From a virus (lineage: Duplodnaviria; Caudoviricetes), in IMG/VR virus record IMGVR_UViG_3300007735_000770, positions 1-60,971 of that record: a stretch of DNA of 60,971 nucleotides; one strand, 5' to 3'. The position numbers were made by a program, and so were the translations under genes. The notes beneath the pieces were generated by a model. It saw only the letters and a program-made list of their open reading frames with translations, was not told the DNA's origin and searched no databases. Shown in pieces: positions 45,497 to 55,856 of this stretch (position 1 is its first letter; the number at the start of each line of letters is the position of its first letter).

Positions 45497-48400
45497 AAAA
45501 GCGCGTTTACTACCGTGGCTATGGGATCGTAGAGATTCCTGAAGGCGCAAGCCCAGAACAAATATGGGCCATTCTTGACGCAAAGAAAGCCAGCGAATCA
45601 GGCGAAGACCTGATGCCTGTGTTTGAGCAGCCAAGAAAGCCGGAAGAACCTGGGTTCCTGTCGCAAGTTGCCAAGAACGTCAAAGCTGGTGTCGCGGCGA
45701 TCCCGGGCGCGTTGATCAATACAGCCGCCGCATTGCCAGAGATGATCGGCGCTGTTACGGCTGGCGAGCCTGAGGCTGGTCCTGGATACGGCGCGAACGT
45801 AGGGCTGCATCAACTTTCAGCGCCTATGCTTGACGCGGCAAAGTTCATCCGCGATAACCCAGTGTCTAGGTATTTGTCAGAGGTACCACAAGACCAGAAG
45901 GATGATGCTGGCAACCCTGTGATTGGCAGGCAGATTGGCGACGTTGCTGGGCAAGTCGCGGGCATGATGATCCCAGGTGCAGCCGGGATGCGTGGGGCAA
46001 AAGCCTTGTCGTATATCCTTGGCGCATCACAGCAGGCTTCTCAGGTGCAGCAGGATGCTGACCGTAAGCGAGCAGCGGGGATGGCTATCGCGCCGGAAGA
46101 TTCCGCTGCTGCGGCGGTGGCTGCTATGCCATCGGCTGCTCTTGATGCTTTTAATATTGGCCGTATTGGTAGGTTTCTCCCTGGGTACGCCAAGCACGAG
46201 GCGTTGAAACAGGCTGCTGAAATCAGCGGTCAGTCGTATTTACGGCCAGCGCTGGAGACTGGCTTGTCGGCGCTCGGCGGGGCAGCGGTAGAGTCCGGTC
46301 AGCAGCTTGCTGCTAACGCCGCCATCAAGTCTACATACGATCCCGCACAGGCTTTAGATGAAGGACTGATGGATAACGCCATCGCGGGCGGCGGAGCAGA
46401 TGCCGGTCTTGAACTGATAAACCAGATTCTTTTGCGCAAGACGGCTAAGAACATCCACACCCGTCGCCAAAATATAGCCGCAGAACGCGCCCGCCAATCC
46501 GCCCCCGAAGTTCTACCGGGTGACGAGGAAGCGATCGGGATTCGGTCGCAGATGGATGGCACGCCGGAAGTGAAGTATGTGCAGCAGCGCAGGCCGACTC
46601 GCAACGAAATTCTGGACGAGTTGTCTCTTGGGTTGTATGGCAAGCCGCTGTCTGAGTTGGACGCGCAGCGCGGGATGCACCTCGATCGCAGCTATGAAGA
46701 CCTGCGCAAGATGGGTATGTCTGATCAAGAGGTGATTGACCACCTGACGCAGCCGATAGATCTTGCGCCCGATCCGGTGCAGCGTCCTACCCCAGGCCTG
46801 CCAACCGCACTGCCACCCGACGCACCGCCAGTTCGCCTGACCGACGAAGGCGCTATCGACGCAAGCGCCGTTCAGTACCCGTCGTTCCTTGACCAGATCA
46901 TGGCGCAGGAGCCTGCTCTGTATGAGCGGCTGCAGGGGCAGGATGTCGTCAATAGCTTGTTGGCAAACCCGTCAGAGCCTCGCGGCGTCACTCCCAACAA
47001 GCCAAGACCAAAGCCGCCAGTACAAAACGCTATCCTCACGGACGAAGGCGCTATCGCCACCGACCAGCAACCCACTGAGATCCGACGAGAAGGCATCCGC
47101 CCGATGCCGACGAGGGAGCAGATCATTGCTGAGGCTACCGCTGCTCGCCAGCAAGCCGAACAACTCAAATCACAGCGCCGCGCAGAAGCCGACGCCATTC
47201 GCCTCCAGAAAAAGCAGTCGCAAGTAACCGTACCCGAAACTGGCATCGCCAACGAGCGTGACGCCGATGCACGGCAGCGCGTTAGCCGTGAACTCTTTGG
47301 CCGCAACTTCGATCAACTCACCCCAGAGCAGATCACTGAGGTCGACAGCTATCGCGCCGAAGGTTTGGGCGAGGCGGTGCAGCCGCAAGAGATCGCTGAG
47401 ATCAACGAGTTCGCTGACCTGCCGTTCAGTCGCGACCAGTATCGGTCAGCACTGGAGGTTGGGCGCGCGGCTGGAGTTAACACAAGGCCGGTCAGCATGA
47501 CGGCAGTAGCGAAGCAAGCGAAGGTCAAGCCAGAGGTCGCCACCCAGATCATCAACCACATGGTGACTCGTGGCGATGCTCAGTTGATTGACGGTAAGGT
47601 GATCGTTGATCCGACTGCGATGGGGCCTCGCTACAACCTCGGCCAACCCACCCCATCCCCCAACACCGTAGCCTCGCAACGCCAACTGCTCGAAGAAGGC
47701 AAGCAGTCAGAACTAGCGAACAGCATCTTCGGCGAGATGCAGCGCTTGGGCGTCGATGACATCGTGTCTACCCGGCTCGTCGACAACCTCAAGGTCCAGC
47801 CGAATGCCAAGGGATCCTACGCCAACCAGATCATCTCGCTGGCTATGGCGGTGCAGGATCCGAAGGCCATGAAGGAGACACTACATCACGAGGCAGTCCA
47901 CGCCATGAAGGCGATGGGCTTGTTTAACGATGCTGAGTGGAACATCCTTCAAGGCGCGTTGAACCCCAACAGCGTTCTCTCCGACGACGAGCGCCGCCAG
48001 TATGGTGAGATTTATGGAGACCGGCCAGACATCATCCAGGAAGAAGCGATCGCTCGCGGCCTGGAGCGCTACATGGCGGGGCAACTTTCGCTCGATGGGC
48101 CAGCGAAAGACATTGCCGCACAGAAGATGTCTACGTTGCAGCGCATCGGAAATGCGTTCAAGTCGAACAACATGCAGTCGCCAGCCGATGTCGCTTCGGC
48201 GTTTAAGAGTGGCGAGATTGGAAGAAGGGAAGGCAACTATGCCGTCAATAACGCGGTCGCAAATGACCAAGCAGGTGTCGATACCGAACGGCGCATCAGT
48301 GCGGAAGCCGGGACCACGCAAGACATCCCAGCCGTCGATGCCGCGAAAGCCACGGAAGCCGTAGATCAGTACGACATCAGGGCTTGGCTGACGGATACGG

Positions 48401-50931
48401 ATGATAGCGGGGAAGTGAAGCCGACAACCGAACAGCGGATGTCAGTCCAACAACTCCCCGTCAACGGTCGCATATTCGCCGAGCCAGACAGCCGCAGTCA
48501 GCTCCGAAAGCAGATCGACGAACTGAAGTCTGGCGCTACGCCTGGGGCGCTCGGTGGCGCTGGACTATCGCTTCGCCAGCAAGCGCTCGACGCGAGGGCA
48601 GGGATCGAGAAGCTGTCGCAGCAAGTTGGCACGGCGACAAATGCCAAGGTCGGATCGATCCCTGCTGTCCGTGCGGCTGACGTGTCCAGCGAATACGCTT
48701 CTGCTGCACTGAAGAACGGTGGGCTTGAGTTCGTCGGCACTCCCGGCAATGGATACTTCCGCGCTAAGAAAGACGGTCCTGCTCCGTTTGGCAAGGATGG
48801 TTTTTTCACCAAGGCGTACAATAACGGCAAGCTCGACCGAGTGTTCCATTACATTGCTGGTAAGCGAGGCCAGGAACTAATGGCGCAGGGCCGCGAAAAG
48901 TTGATGACGCCGCAGCAGATTGCTGAGTACGTCAACTACGGCAATGATGCTGAAGTGCGAGATGCGGCGCAGCAGTGGAAGCAGTTCAATGACAGCGTCG
49001 TCGATGCAGTGCAAGCGTCTGGACGTATCGATGCCGCCACCGCTGCCGACTGGAAGGCGAAGACGTACCTGCCGTTTTATCGCGTTGACCCTGACACCGG
49101 GGCAGTCACAGCGCAAGGGCCTGGGGCGTTGAGCGGAACCGGAAATATTCAGAAATTAAAAGGTAGCACTCGCGAGATCGCCGATCCTATTGAGAACATC
49201 GTTCGCAACGTCAACGCACTCACGTCCATGGCGATGAAGAACGAAGCCATGCAGCGTGTGGCTCGCGATGGGATGCAGATGGGGTACATGAAGCAGGCGC
49301 AAAAAGGATCGCCTGCCAAAAACCAAGTCACGCTGTACGTCGACGGCAAGCCTAAGAAGTTTGTCATCACTGATCCAATTCTTTACGAGTCTGTCACCGC
49401 CTCACGGATACCAGCCAGTACTGTGATGAAACTTGCCGCGATGCCGGGAAACTTCCTGCGCGAGTCTGTCACCCTCTTTCCTGCCTTCATGGTGCGCAAC
49501 ATGCTTCGCGACTCGATGATGGTGTGGGCGCAGGGATACACGCCGGTCCCATTCGCCAACATTGCAGCCGATGCGACCAAAGCACTAAAGGAAGCCGAGT
49601 CGTTCAAGAACTTGGAGCGCCTTGGCGTAGTCGATGCAGGGATCCGTGGTGATGGCGGCGCTGGCGGTACTGCCGCCAACATCAGAGGACTGATGGACGG
49701 ACCAACAAAGAACCCGCTGAAGTGGTTCCAAGATAAGTCCAAGAAGTCGGAAGCGGCGAACCGCATCACCGTCTTTGAATCCGTCATGAAACGCACTGGC
49801 GGCGATGAGGCGCAGGCTGCTTTCGAGGCGCGGGAACTACTGAACTTCAACCGTCGCGGGGCCAGTCCGATCGCGCAGGTACTCACCGCTATGACGCCGT
49901 TCCTTAACGCCCGGTGGCAGGGGTTGGATGTGGCGTATCGGTCGGCTATGGGCAAGGGCGCTAATCCGCAGATGAAATCTCAAATGCTTCGCCGTGCTGC
50001 GTACCTCGGAGCGCTATCTACGATCTACGCTGCGCTTGTCAGCCAACTCCCTGCATGGCAGAATGCCACCCCTGAGGAGCGCGACAACAACTGGTTTGTG
50101 CCGACTGGTGATGGCGAAGCGGTGAAGGTGCCGATTCCATTTGAGTTTGGCTTTGTGGCTAAGGTTTTGCCTGAACGGTTTGTGGCGGCTGCGATGGGGA
50201 ATGAGGAGTGGACTGAAGCACTCAGTTCGTTTGATCGCTTCCTGCGTGGAAATATGAAACTCGACATGCCTCACGTTATCAACCCGGTGTACGAGGTCAG
50301 CAACAACATGGACCGATTCCGTGGGCGAGAGATCGAGCAGCCGTGGATGCGGAAGCTGGATAAGGACTACCGCTACGATGAGAACACCAGCGAGTTAGCG
50401 AAGGAGGTGGCGCGGTACAGCAGTCTCTCCCCAGTCCAACTAGACCACATCCTGCGTGGGTACCTCGGCACTAGCGCCATGTACGCTGTAAATCTCGCTG
50501 ACGTGCTGGCTGGCCCAGACCCGACCGGAACAGTAGCCGACATCCCTGACCGCAAACTCAGCCAGATGCCGGTATTCGGCAGCATGTTCCAGCGCGAAGA
50601 CGGCGCTCGCAAGCTGCTTGAGTTCTACGAGATCCGCAACGTAGCCGAGCAAGCCAAGAACACCCTGTCTATGCTGGCAAAGTCCAAGACGCCAGCCGAA
50701 GAAGGCGACCGCGAGCGTCTGAACAAAGCAGCGAAGGTTGAGACTGCGACACGCGCTACCGACAAGCGCATGAGTGACATGACCAAAGTGGAGCGGCAAG
50801 TACGTGGCGACATCAAGGCTGGGAATATAACGCCAGCGCAAGGGCGCAAGGTACTCGAAGAATTACGCAAGCGGAAGCTAGAGTTGGCCGCGCCGGTCAT
50901 CGAGCGCTACAAAGACGCCATCAAGCCATAG
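45493..50931 (+). CDS. Large polyvalent injected protein with an HExxH zincin-like domain and an LPD38-like C-terminus
   Basis: LHHEAVH..EEAIA; YLPFYR; RNMLRD; SEAANR; NFNRRG; PFLNARWQG; VPIPFEFG; SPVQLDHILRGY. Confidence 0.8.
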   Translation: MKKRVYYRGYGIVEIPEGASPEQIWAILDAKKASESGEDLMPVFEQPRKPEEPGFLSQVAKNVKAGVAAIPGALINTAAALPEMIGAVTAGEPEAGPGYGANVGLHQLSAPMLDAAKFIRDNPVSRYLSEVPQDQKDDAGNPVIGRQIGDVAGQVAGMMIPGAAGMRGAKALSYILGASQQASQVQQDADRKRAAGMAIAPEDSAAAAVAAMPSAALDAFNIGRIGRFLPGYAKHEALKQAAEISGQSYLRPALETGLSALGGAAVESGQQLAANAAIKSTYDPAQALDEGLMDNAIAGGGADAGLELINQILLRKTAKNIHTRRQNIAAERARQSAPEVLPGDEEAIGIRSQMDGTPEVKYVQQRRPTRNEILDELSLGLYGKPLSELDAQRGMHLDRSYEDLRKMGMSDQEVIDHLTQPIDLAPDPVQRPTPGLPTALPPDAPPVRLTDEGAIDASAVQYPSFLDQIMAQEPALYERLQGQDVVNSLLANPSEPRGVTPNKPRPKPPVQNAILTDEGAIATDQQPTEIRREGIRPMPTREQIIAEATAARQQAEQLKSQRRAEADAIRLQKKQSQVTVPETGIANERDADARQRVSRELFGRNFDQLTPEQITEVDSYRAEGLGEAVQPQEIAEINEFADLPFSRDQYRSALEVGRAAGVNTRPVSMTAVAKQAKVKPEVATQIINHMVTRGDAQLIDGKVIVDPTAMGPRYNLGQPTPSPNTVASQRQLLEEGKQSELANSIFGEMQRLGVDDIVSTRLVDNLKVQPNAKGSYANQIISLAMAVQDPKAMKETLHHEAVHAMKAMGLFNDAEWNILQGALNPNSVLSDDERRQYGEIYGDRPDIIQEEAIARGLERYMAGQLSLDGPAKDIAAQKMSTLQRIGNAFKSNNMQSPADVASAFKSGEIGRREGNYAVNNAVANDQAGVDTERRISAEAGTTQDIPAVDAAKATEAVDQYDIRAWLTDTDDSGEVKPTTEQRMSVQQLPVNGRIFAEPDSRSQLRKQIDELKSGATPGALGGAGLSLRQQALDARAGIEKLSQQVGTATNAKVGSIPAVRAADVSSEYASAALKNGGLEFVGTPGNGYFRAKKDGPAPFGKDGFFTKAYNNGKLDRVFHYIAGKRGQELMAQGREKLMTPQQIAEYVNYGNDAEVRDAAQQWKQFNDSVVDAVQASGRIDAATAADWKAKTYLPFYRVDPDTGAVTAQGPGALSGTGNIQKLKGSTREIADPIENIVRNVNALTSMAMKNEAMQRVARDGMQMGYMKQAQKGSPAKNQVTLYVDGKPKKFVITDPILYESVTASRIPASTVMKLAAMPGNFLRESVTLFPAFMVRNMLRDSMMVWAQGYTPVPFANIAADATKALKEAESFKNLERLGVVDAGIRGDGGAGGTAANIRGLMDGPTKNPLKWFQDKSKKSEAANRITVFESVMKRTGGDEAQAAFEARELLNFNRRGASPIAQVLTAMTPFLNARWQGLDVAYRSAMGKGANPQMKSQMLRRAAYLGALSTIYAALVSQLPAWQNATPEERDNNWFVPTGDGEAVKVPIPFEFGFVAKVLPERFVAAAMGNEEWTEALSSFDRFLRGNMKLDMPHVINPVYEVSNNMDRFRGREIEQPWMRKLDKDYRYDENTSELAKEVARYSSLSPVQLDHILRGYLGTSAMYAVNLADVLAGPDPTGTVADIPDRKLSQMPVFGSMFQREDGARKLLEFYEIRNVAEQAKNTLSMLAKSKTPAEEGDRERLNKAAKVETATRATDKRMSDMTKVERQVRGDIKAGNITPAQGRKVLEELRKRKLELAAPVIERYKDAIKP

Positions 50932-51547
50932 GCTCGGCCACGCCAATCCATCCCAATACCCTGCCGTTCGATGACATCGAATGTGCTTTCAGTCTCACTG
51001 GAACAATCACCCCATCTGAGGCAATATAGCGGGCGGCAAGGTTAAAGTCAGCGCCTTCGCTAACGACCCGCGCCCACTCGCTGAACACCCGGTTGGCATC
51101 GTCTGGGTGAATAAAGTTCTTCCAGTTGCTGCCCAGGATCTCGCCCTCGCCCATCTTCAGCAACTCGCACAACTCAGAGTTCGCCGCTGTGCATCTGCCG
51201 TTTGAGTCCGACTCCCACCCTGCCACGCCAGCCGCCATCTTCCATCGCGTCTGGTGCCTCACGTCGATGCGGACTATCGAGTCGCCAAGTTCATCAATCT
51301 TCCGTGCTGTACGGTCAATAGCATCCCTTAAACTGCTACCCCCGTTCGGCTTCACTTCTTTCAGAAGGGCATCGAATCGATCGGGTAGCGCATTCAATCG
51401 TTCAATTGCTTTAGCGATCTGGTAAACCATACGGGCATATCTCCAAACTGCTGGAGCGATTTTTGTCGCCACTAACACGGCGGTTGCGGCGAACAGATAG
51501 ACAGTCGGGTGAGCATCCTTCAGATGTGCAATCACCATACCGCTCAT
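50921..51547 (-). CDS. Membrane-anchored protein with a C-terminal PAS domain
   Basis: Hydrophobic N-terminus, KPNGGSSLRDAIDR, then WESDSNGRC..AN..C, G.NW..FIHPDD, GRVLGWIG. Confidence 0.85.
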   Translation of the reverse strand: MSGMVIAHLKDAHPTVYLFAATAVLVATKIAPAVWRYARMVYQIAKAIERLNALPDRFDALLKEVKPNGGSSLRDAIDRTARKIDELGDSIVRIDVRHQTRWKMAAGVAGWESDSNGRCTAANSELCELLKMGEGEILGSNWKNFIHPDDANRVFSEWARVVSEGADFNLAARYIASDGVIVPVRLKAHSMSSNGRVLGWIGVAEPMA

Positions 51548-51632
51548 TATTATCTATAATCACCACTTGACCTAATCTACCATTGGGTCGCAGAAAGCTA
51601 TAGACTTTTCCTCTGGAATTTGGGATAAGCGG

Positions 51633-52469
51633 CTATTTCAACATCTCCGCCATGGCGTTTGATGCGTTGCGGGTGAAGTCGGGGGCCAGCTTCATGTACA
51701 CGCGCTCGGTTATCGCCGTGGATGAATGCCCGAGCAATCGCGATACCTCCAAGACAGGGACTCCATTGGAGATAAGATGGCTGGCGACTGAATGCCGCAT
51801 CGTATGCGGCACCGCGCCATCAATCCCCGCCAACTTGCAAGCCTTCTTCCACTGCCAAACGAACCGATCCCGCGAGATCATCTCCCCTTCATTGGTGATT
51901 ACGTAGCGCGGCGACTTGCCACGGCACTCGTCCAGTATCACCTTGATCGCTGGCGTAACCGGGATCACCCCGCGCCGCTTGTGACGCCGCGACATGCCGA
52001 TGTTGAAGTCAATCACTCCGTGCTGGATCTGCTCCCACTGGAGCGTCAGAACGGCAGTGATCCGTTGCCCGGTGAGAAACGACAGGTTTAGCACCCAGTC
52101 GAACCAGATCGGCACGTCTACACGCCGCCCCACCTCCAGCAACTTCTGCATCTCCTCCTTCGTCAGCCACCGCTGCCTGGGCTTCGACTCCGCTGGCGTC
52201 TTCCACTTCGGCGTCTCCGCGATCAGCTTCTGGTCGAGCAGCCACTTGGAAAACACCGACAGATCGGCCAGCGACCGGCGTACCGTCGACGCGGAGTAGG
52301 TTTTCAGTAGTCTGGCAATCTCCTTACCCACGGCCTCGCTCGTAAACTGCTTCGGCGCGAGCTTATGCAGCCCAGTGAACTGCTTCCAACTCGTCGTCGC
52401 GCGGCGACCGCAGATCACCTTGTCGTTATGCTGTCGCCACCAGATTTGGTAGTGGTCGGTGAGAGTCAT
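51633..52469 (-). CDS. int: Tyrosine recombinase / integrase, short form without an arm-binding domain
   Basis: TGQR, K, HTMRH, LGHS, RVY catalytic residues. Confidence 0.92.
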   Translation of the reverse strand: MTLTDHYQIWWRQHNDKVICGRRATTSWKQFTGLHKLAPKQFTSEAVGKEIARLLKTYSASTVRRSLADLSVFSKWLLDQKLIAETPKWKTPAESKPRQRWLTKEEMQKLLEVGRRVDVPIWFDWVLNLSFLTGQRITAVLTLQWEQIQHGVIDFNIGMSRRHKRRGVIPVTPAIKVILDECRGKSPRYVITNEGEMISRDRFVWQWKKACKLAGIDGAVPHTMRHSVASHLISNGVPVLEVSRLLGHSSTAITERVYMKLAPDFTRNASNAMAEMLK

Positions 52470-52671
52470 GGCTTTATTCCTAATACTGCCTTCAGGTCTA
52501 GGTCTACATACGGATACGAATATATCGTGAACCCGCCATTAAACGGCGGTATTGTTATCGGGGTGCTTACCGTCATCGTGTACTTCTTTGGCACCATCAC
52601 TATGGCGGTGCGTGTCGCCACCGGCATAGCCACCGCGAATCCAGTAGCAGCTTTCATGAATGAGCGGCGGG

Positions 52672-52923
52672 TCATGGCTTGCATCCCCGCAACAGCACAA
52701 ACTCCTTCGCTGCCTCCAGCACCCACTCCACCGCAACGATATCCGGGTCGGTAATCTTGTACGTCTTCAGCAAACCAAGCATATTCGACGCATCGTGGAT
52801 CGCCTTCTTGATGTCGGTCCCACACGGGTTGGACCTGTATGCGCTGGCCTCTTTATTCAGGCGCTGGATGTCGTCCTCCAGCCGGTTAATGTAGCGGATG
52901 AGGATTTCGTTAACGGGTGTCAC
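52672..52923 (-). CDS. Hypothetical protein
   Basis: Coherent ORF in the early cluster. Confidence 0.5.
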   Translation of the reverse strand: MTPVNEILIRYINRLEDDIQRLNKEASAYRSNPCGTDIKKAIHDASNMLGLLKTYKITDPDIVAVEWVLEAAKEFVLLRGCKP

Positions 52924-53440
52924 CTGCACGCCCCCAGCGCCAAGCAAATGAAGAACAAGATCGCCATCGGCAGATCGGCTGTTGGTTTTGATCGTCTCAT
53001 AACACCTCCAAATAAACCGCCACCCCTCGTTCAGTCAGGTGGTCGAACTCAAACCCGTCCACTCGCTTCGGCGGCACCGCGTGCCAGCCAAACCATGTGT
53101 CCTTTACTTCCATCTCAATCAGCCCTTCCCGAATCCCCCCTCGGTTGTCGATCATGCGGCAGTGGGTGATCATCGCTCCCTCACCTCCGCCCACCCATCC
53201 ACTACCTCGATCACGACAGGCCGAGCCACCCACTCGCGCCGCGCTCGATCGTTAGGCAATTGCTTTAGTATCCGGTGGTACTCGATCAGCGGCGGTTCCT
53301 CGGTGACCTTGAACCGGATCCGGCTAATGCGCGTGCCGGTGCGGGTGACGGTGGCTTCAGGCATTGCCACACCAATCTTCGCCGTAGATGTCGGCGATGG
53401 TGACCGTGCAGGTTTTGTTACTCATACATCCTCTCCTTTT

Positions 53441-53803
53441 CTATCCACCATGTCCCATTCCTTTAACCGCTTCATTCGGCATACCGTACACAGGGATCAC
53501 GGCACGCCGCTCACGTTTGCCAGCCATACGCAACTGCCGTTCGGTCAATTCCTCGCCAGTATCGTGACGCAACCAGACAGACGCCTTACCACGGTGACGG
53601 ACGAACGAGGCGACGATCGAGTTCTTTGACCTCTGCGTGATTGGCGGCGGCGCGTCCTGCGCTTTGGTTGCCATCTCCCACGCCTGCTCGATCGCCAATA
53701 CGAACCGCTCTCGAAACCCGAACAAGTTCATCTCAATCGTCGTGTCAGTCACGGTAACCATGATGTCCCGGCCACGCACCTGGATCTTCGAGCGCTGAGT
53801 CAT
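53441..53803 (-). CDS. Hypothetical protein
   Basis: GAGGA RBS and ATG. Confidence 0.6.
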   Translation of the reverse strand: MTQRSKIQVRGRDIMVTVTDTTIEMNLFGFRERFVLAIEQAWEMATKAQDAPPPITQRSKNSIVASFVRHRGKASVWLRHDTGEELTERQLRMAGKRERRAVIPVYGMPNEAVKGMGHGG

Positions 53804-54385
53804 ACATCCTCTCCTCCTTCGTCAAGTACACCCGCGACCGCAACAGCCAAACCTTCAGTGAGATATCCAGCCAAGCCCACGCTGCGATCGCACGCCACAC
53901 GCCGCCGTGGATCTCGCGCAGCATCCGGCGGCACGGTACCGCCAGCATCTGGTCGCGGATGGGAGAAGGGAACAGACCCTCGGCGTCCATGTGCATTGTT
54001 CTGATGAGGACGCTACGCGCTGTCTCGATGCTCATGTTGCTCCTCTTCCCGCGCCAGCAGCGAAGCCTTGAACTCCGCGTGTTCCAGTGTGAGCAAGAAC
54101 TTCCGGTACTCCTTCGCCCTTGCCGCCTCTTCCGCCCGCTTGATGCAGGCAATCAGTTCCTCGTGTATACTCATATCAGTCACTCCTATCCGTCCTCCAC
54201 CCCGCCGCCTTCAATCTCCTTGGGCGGCGGTGGTGTTTAGAGGGTATCCGCCAGTTGCTTTGCTTCTTCTAGTTGGGCCTGCAAGTCCCACTTCAACTCA
54301 CATCGCGGCCCAACCTCCCGCATCTCCGTCGTCAGCAGCTTCAACTCCAGCGCCAGTTCGTCGAGCTTTCGTAGTGTTTCGTCCA

Positions 54386-54844
54386 TTACAGTTCTCCCAT
54401 CGCGACTCTCAATTTAGCCAAAGCCTTAGACTTCAGCCTTGAATAGTAAGCCTCGGTCGTACCCATGATCCTCGCGGCTTCGGATTGCGGAGTCTCGTCC
54501 CAATAGCACGCTTGCAGTACCGCCAATTCCTTCGCCGTCAAAACATCGACCGCCCGTCGCAGCCGTACGCGCACTTCGGAATCCAAGGCTATGCGCTCTT
54601 GCCTCGGTTCTCCGGTCGGCATCCACCAAATCGTTTGCAGGCATTGGCGGCGTGTCCCGCGTGATCCCGGATTGCAGCGGCGCAGGTATCCGATGATGGC
54701 CCGCTTGGCGGCAATTACTTCGCAGCCTTCACGCGCTTGCAAGGCACCAAGTACGGCCTCGCTGGTGATGTCGTCAAGCTCGTTTCCGGGTGGAAGTCCG
54801 CGCCAAATGAAATAAGCGAGGCGCTTGATACGCTCCATCACCAC
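54386..54844 (-). CDS. Compact sigma70-family factor (FliA/ECF-like regions 2 and 4)
   Basis: ELDDITSEAVLGALQA, AIIGYLRR, LTAKELAVL..CYW...QSEAARIMG.TEAYYSRL..KALAKLR. Confidence 0.8.
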   Translation of the reverse strand: MVMERIKRLAYFIWRGLPPGNELDDITSEAVLGALQAREGCEVIAAKRAIIGYLRRCNPGSRGTRRQCLQTIWWMPTGEPRQERIALDSEVRVRLRRAVDVLTAKELAVLQACYWDETPQSEAARIMGTTEAYYSRLKSKALAKLRVAMGEL

Positions 54845-55150
54845 ACCCCCACCGCATGAAGGATCGTGCCTAGGCCAAGCGTTAGGCAGATGCCGAGAGA
54901 CGCCCAGCGCTGGTTGTCGTCTACCCAGTCATCGATCCACACGCAGATGCCGATGGTGGCGACGATCAAGCCGCAGATCACGCTGCATACCGCGCCCATC
55001 ACAGCACCCCCAACGCGCGGAGGATGGTGATGAGGCCGAGAACAGAAGCAGTTCCGCCTGATATGCGCTTATCCTCTGCGATCACCGATATGCCGCCGAC
55101 GAACAGCATGAAGCCGCTCAGGCCCACACAAATCCGAACCAAAATATCCG

Positions 55151-55351
55151 TCATCCTTCTCTCCTTTTAAACCGCTTCTCCGCCAACACAAACACCCGCG
55201 TAGCCTTGACGTAGTAGGACCGGACGATCCCGGCCTTCTCAAGCCGGACCAGCGTTGTGTGTACGTTGGGGGCCTTCTTGCCTGATCGCCGCGCCACCTC
55301 GGAAGCCGTCCCCGGTAGGTGCGACGTTAAGAACAACTGCTTCAGTGTCAT
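55151..55351 (-). CDS. Winged-HTH protein
   Basis: TASEVARRSG..APNVHTTLVRLEKAGIV. Confidence 0.7.
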   Translation of the reverse strand: MTLKQLFLTSHLPGTASEVARRSGKKAPNVHTTLVRLEKAGIVRSYYVKATRVFVLAEKRFKRREG

Positions 55352-55373
55352 AATACTTCCACAGCTTAACATG

Positions 55374-55586
55374 TTACCCGCGCTGCCGCAACCGATAAAT
55401 CGACCGCAGCCGCCCGTTATTTTTCTCAAACGCCTCCTCCAGCACGCCATGGTCCCGCGCCCACGACAGACCGCGCTGCACGTTGCCGGAAGCCATACCC
55501 GACACCTCGCACAGCGCTTGCCGGGACACCCACTCATAGCCCACGTATGGCGCTACATCGTCCCAGTGTGAACGGCAGGTGGTCAT
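55374..55586 (-). CDS. Winged-HTH-like protein
   Basis: SRQALCEVSGMASGNVQRGLSWARDHGVLE. Confidence 0.6.
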   Translation of the reverse strand: MTTCRSHWDDVAPYVGYEWVSRQALCEVSGMASGNVQRGLSWARDHGVLEEAFEKNNGRLRSIYRLRQRG

Positions 55587-55795
55587 ACATCCACCCGCCC
55601 GTTCAGCATCTCCAGTACGGCACGCCGCGCGGCCCTGGCCGACCTCTCTCGCAGTAGCCTATCCGCCAAGGCGTCGATCGCGTGTTCCAAGGCGGACGCC
55701 TCTGCGGACAGGTAACTGTTGCCAGTCTGCTCTAACTTGTTCAGCACCCAGGCGTGACGCTTCTCTAGTTCGGTGATGGCTTTACTTGTCGTCAT
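55583..55795 (-). CDS. Hypothetical protein
   Basis: GAGGAG RBS, MTTSKAITEL. Confidence 0.55.
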   Translation of the reverse strand: MTTSKAITELEKRHAWVLNKLEQTGNSYLSAEASALEHAIDALADRLLRERSARAARRAVLEMLNGRVDV

Positions 55796-55856
55796 TTTGA
55801 ACTCCTCACCAGCCACACCACGCCAGCTAGCCATAGAACCAAGCAGATGGCGGTGG

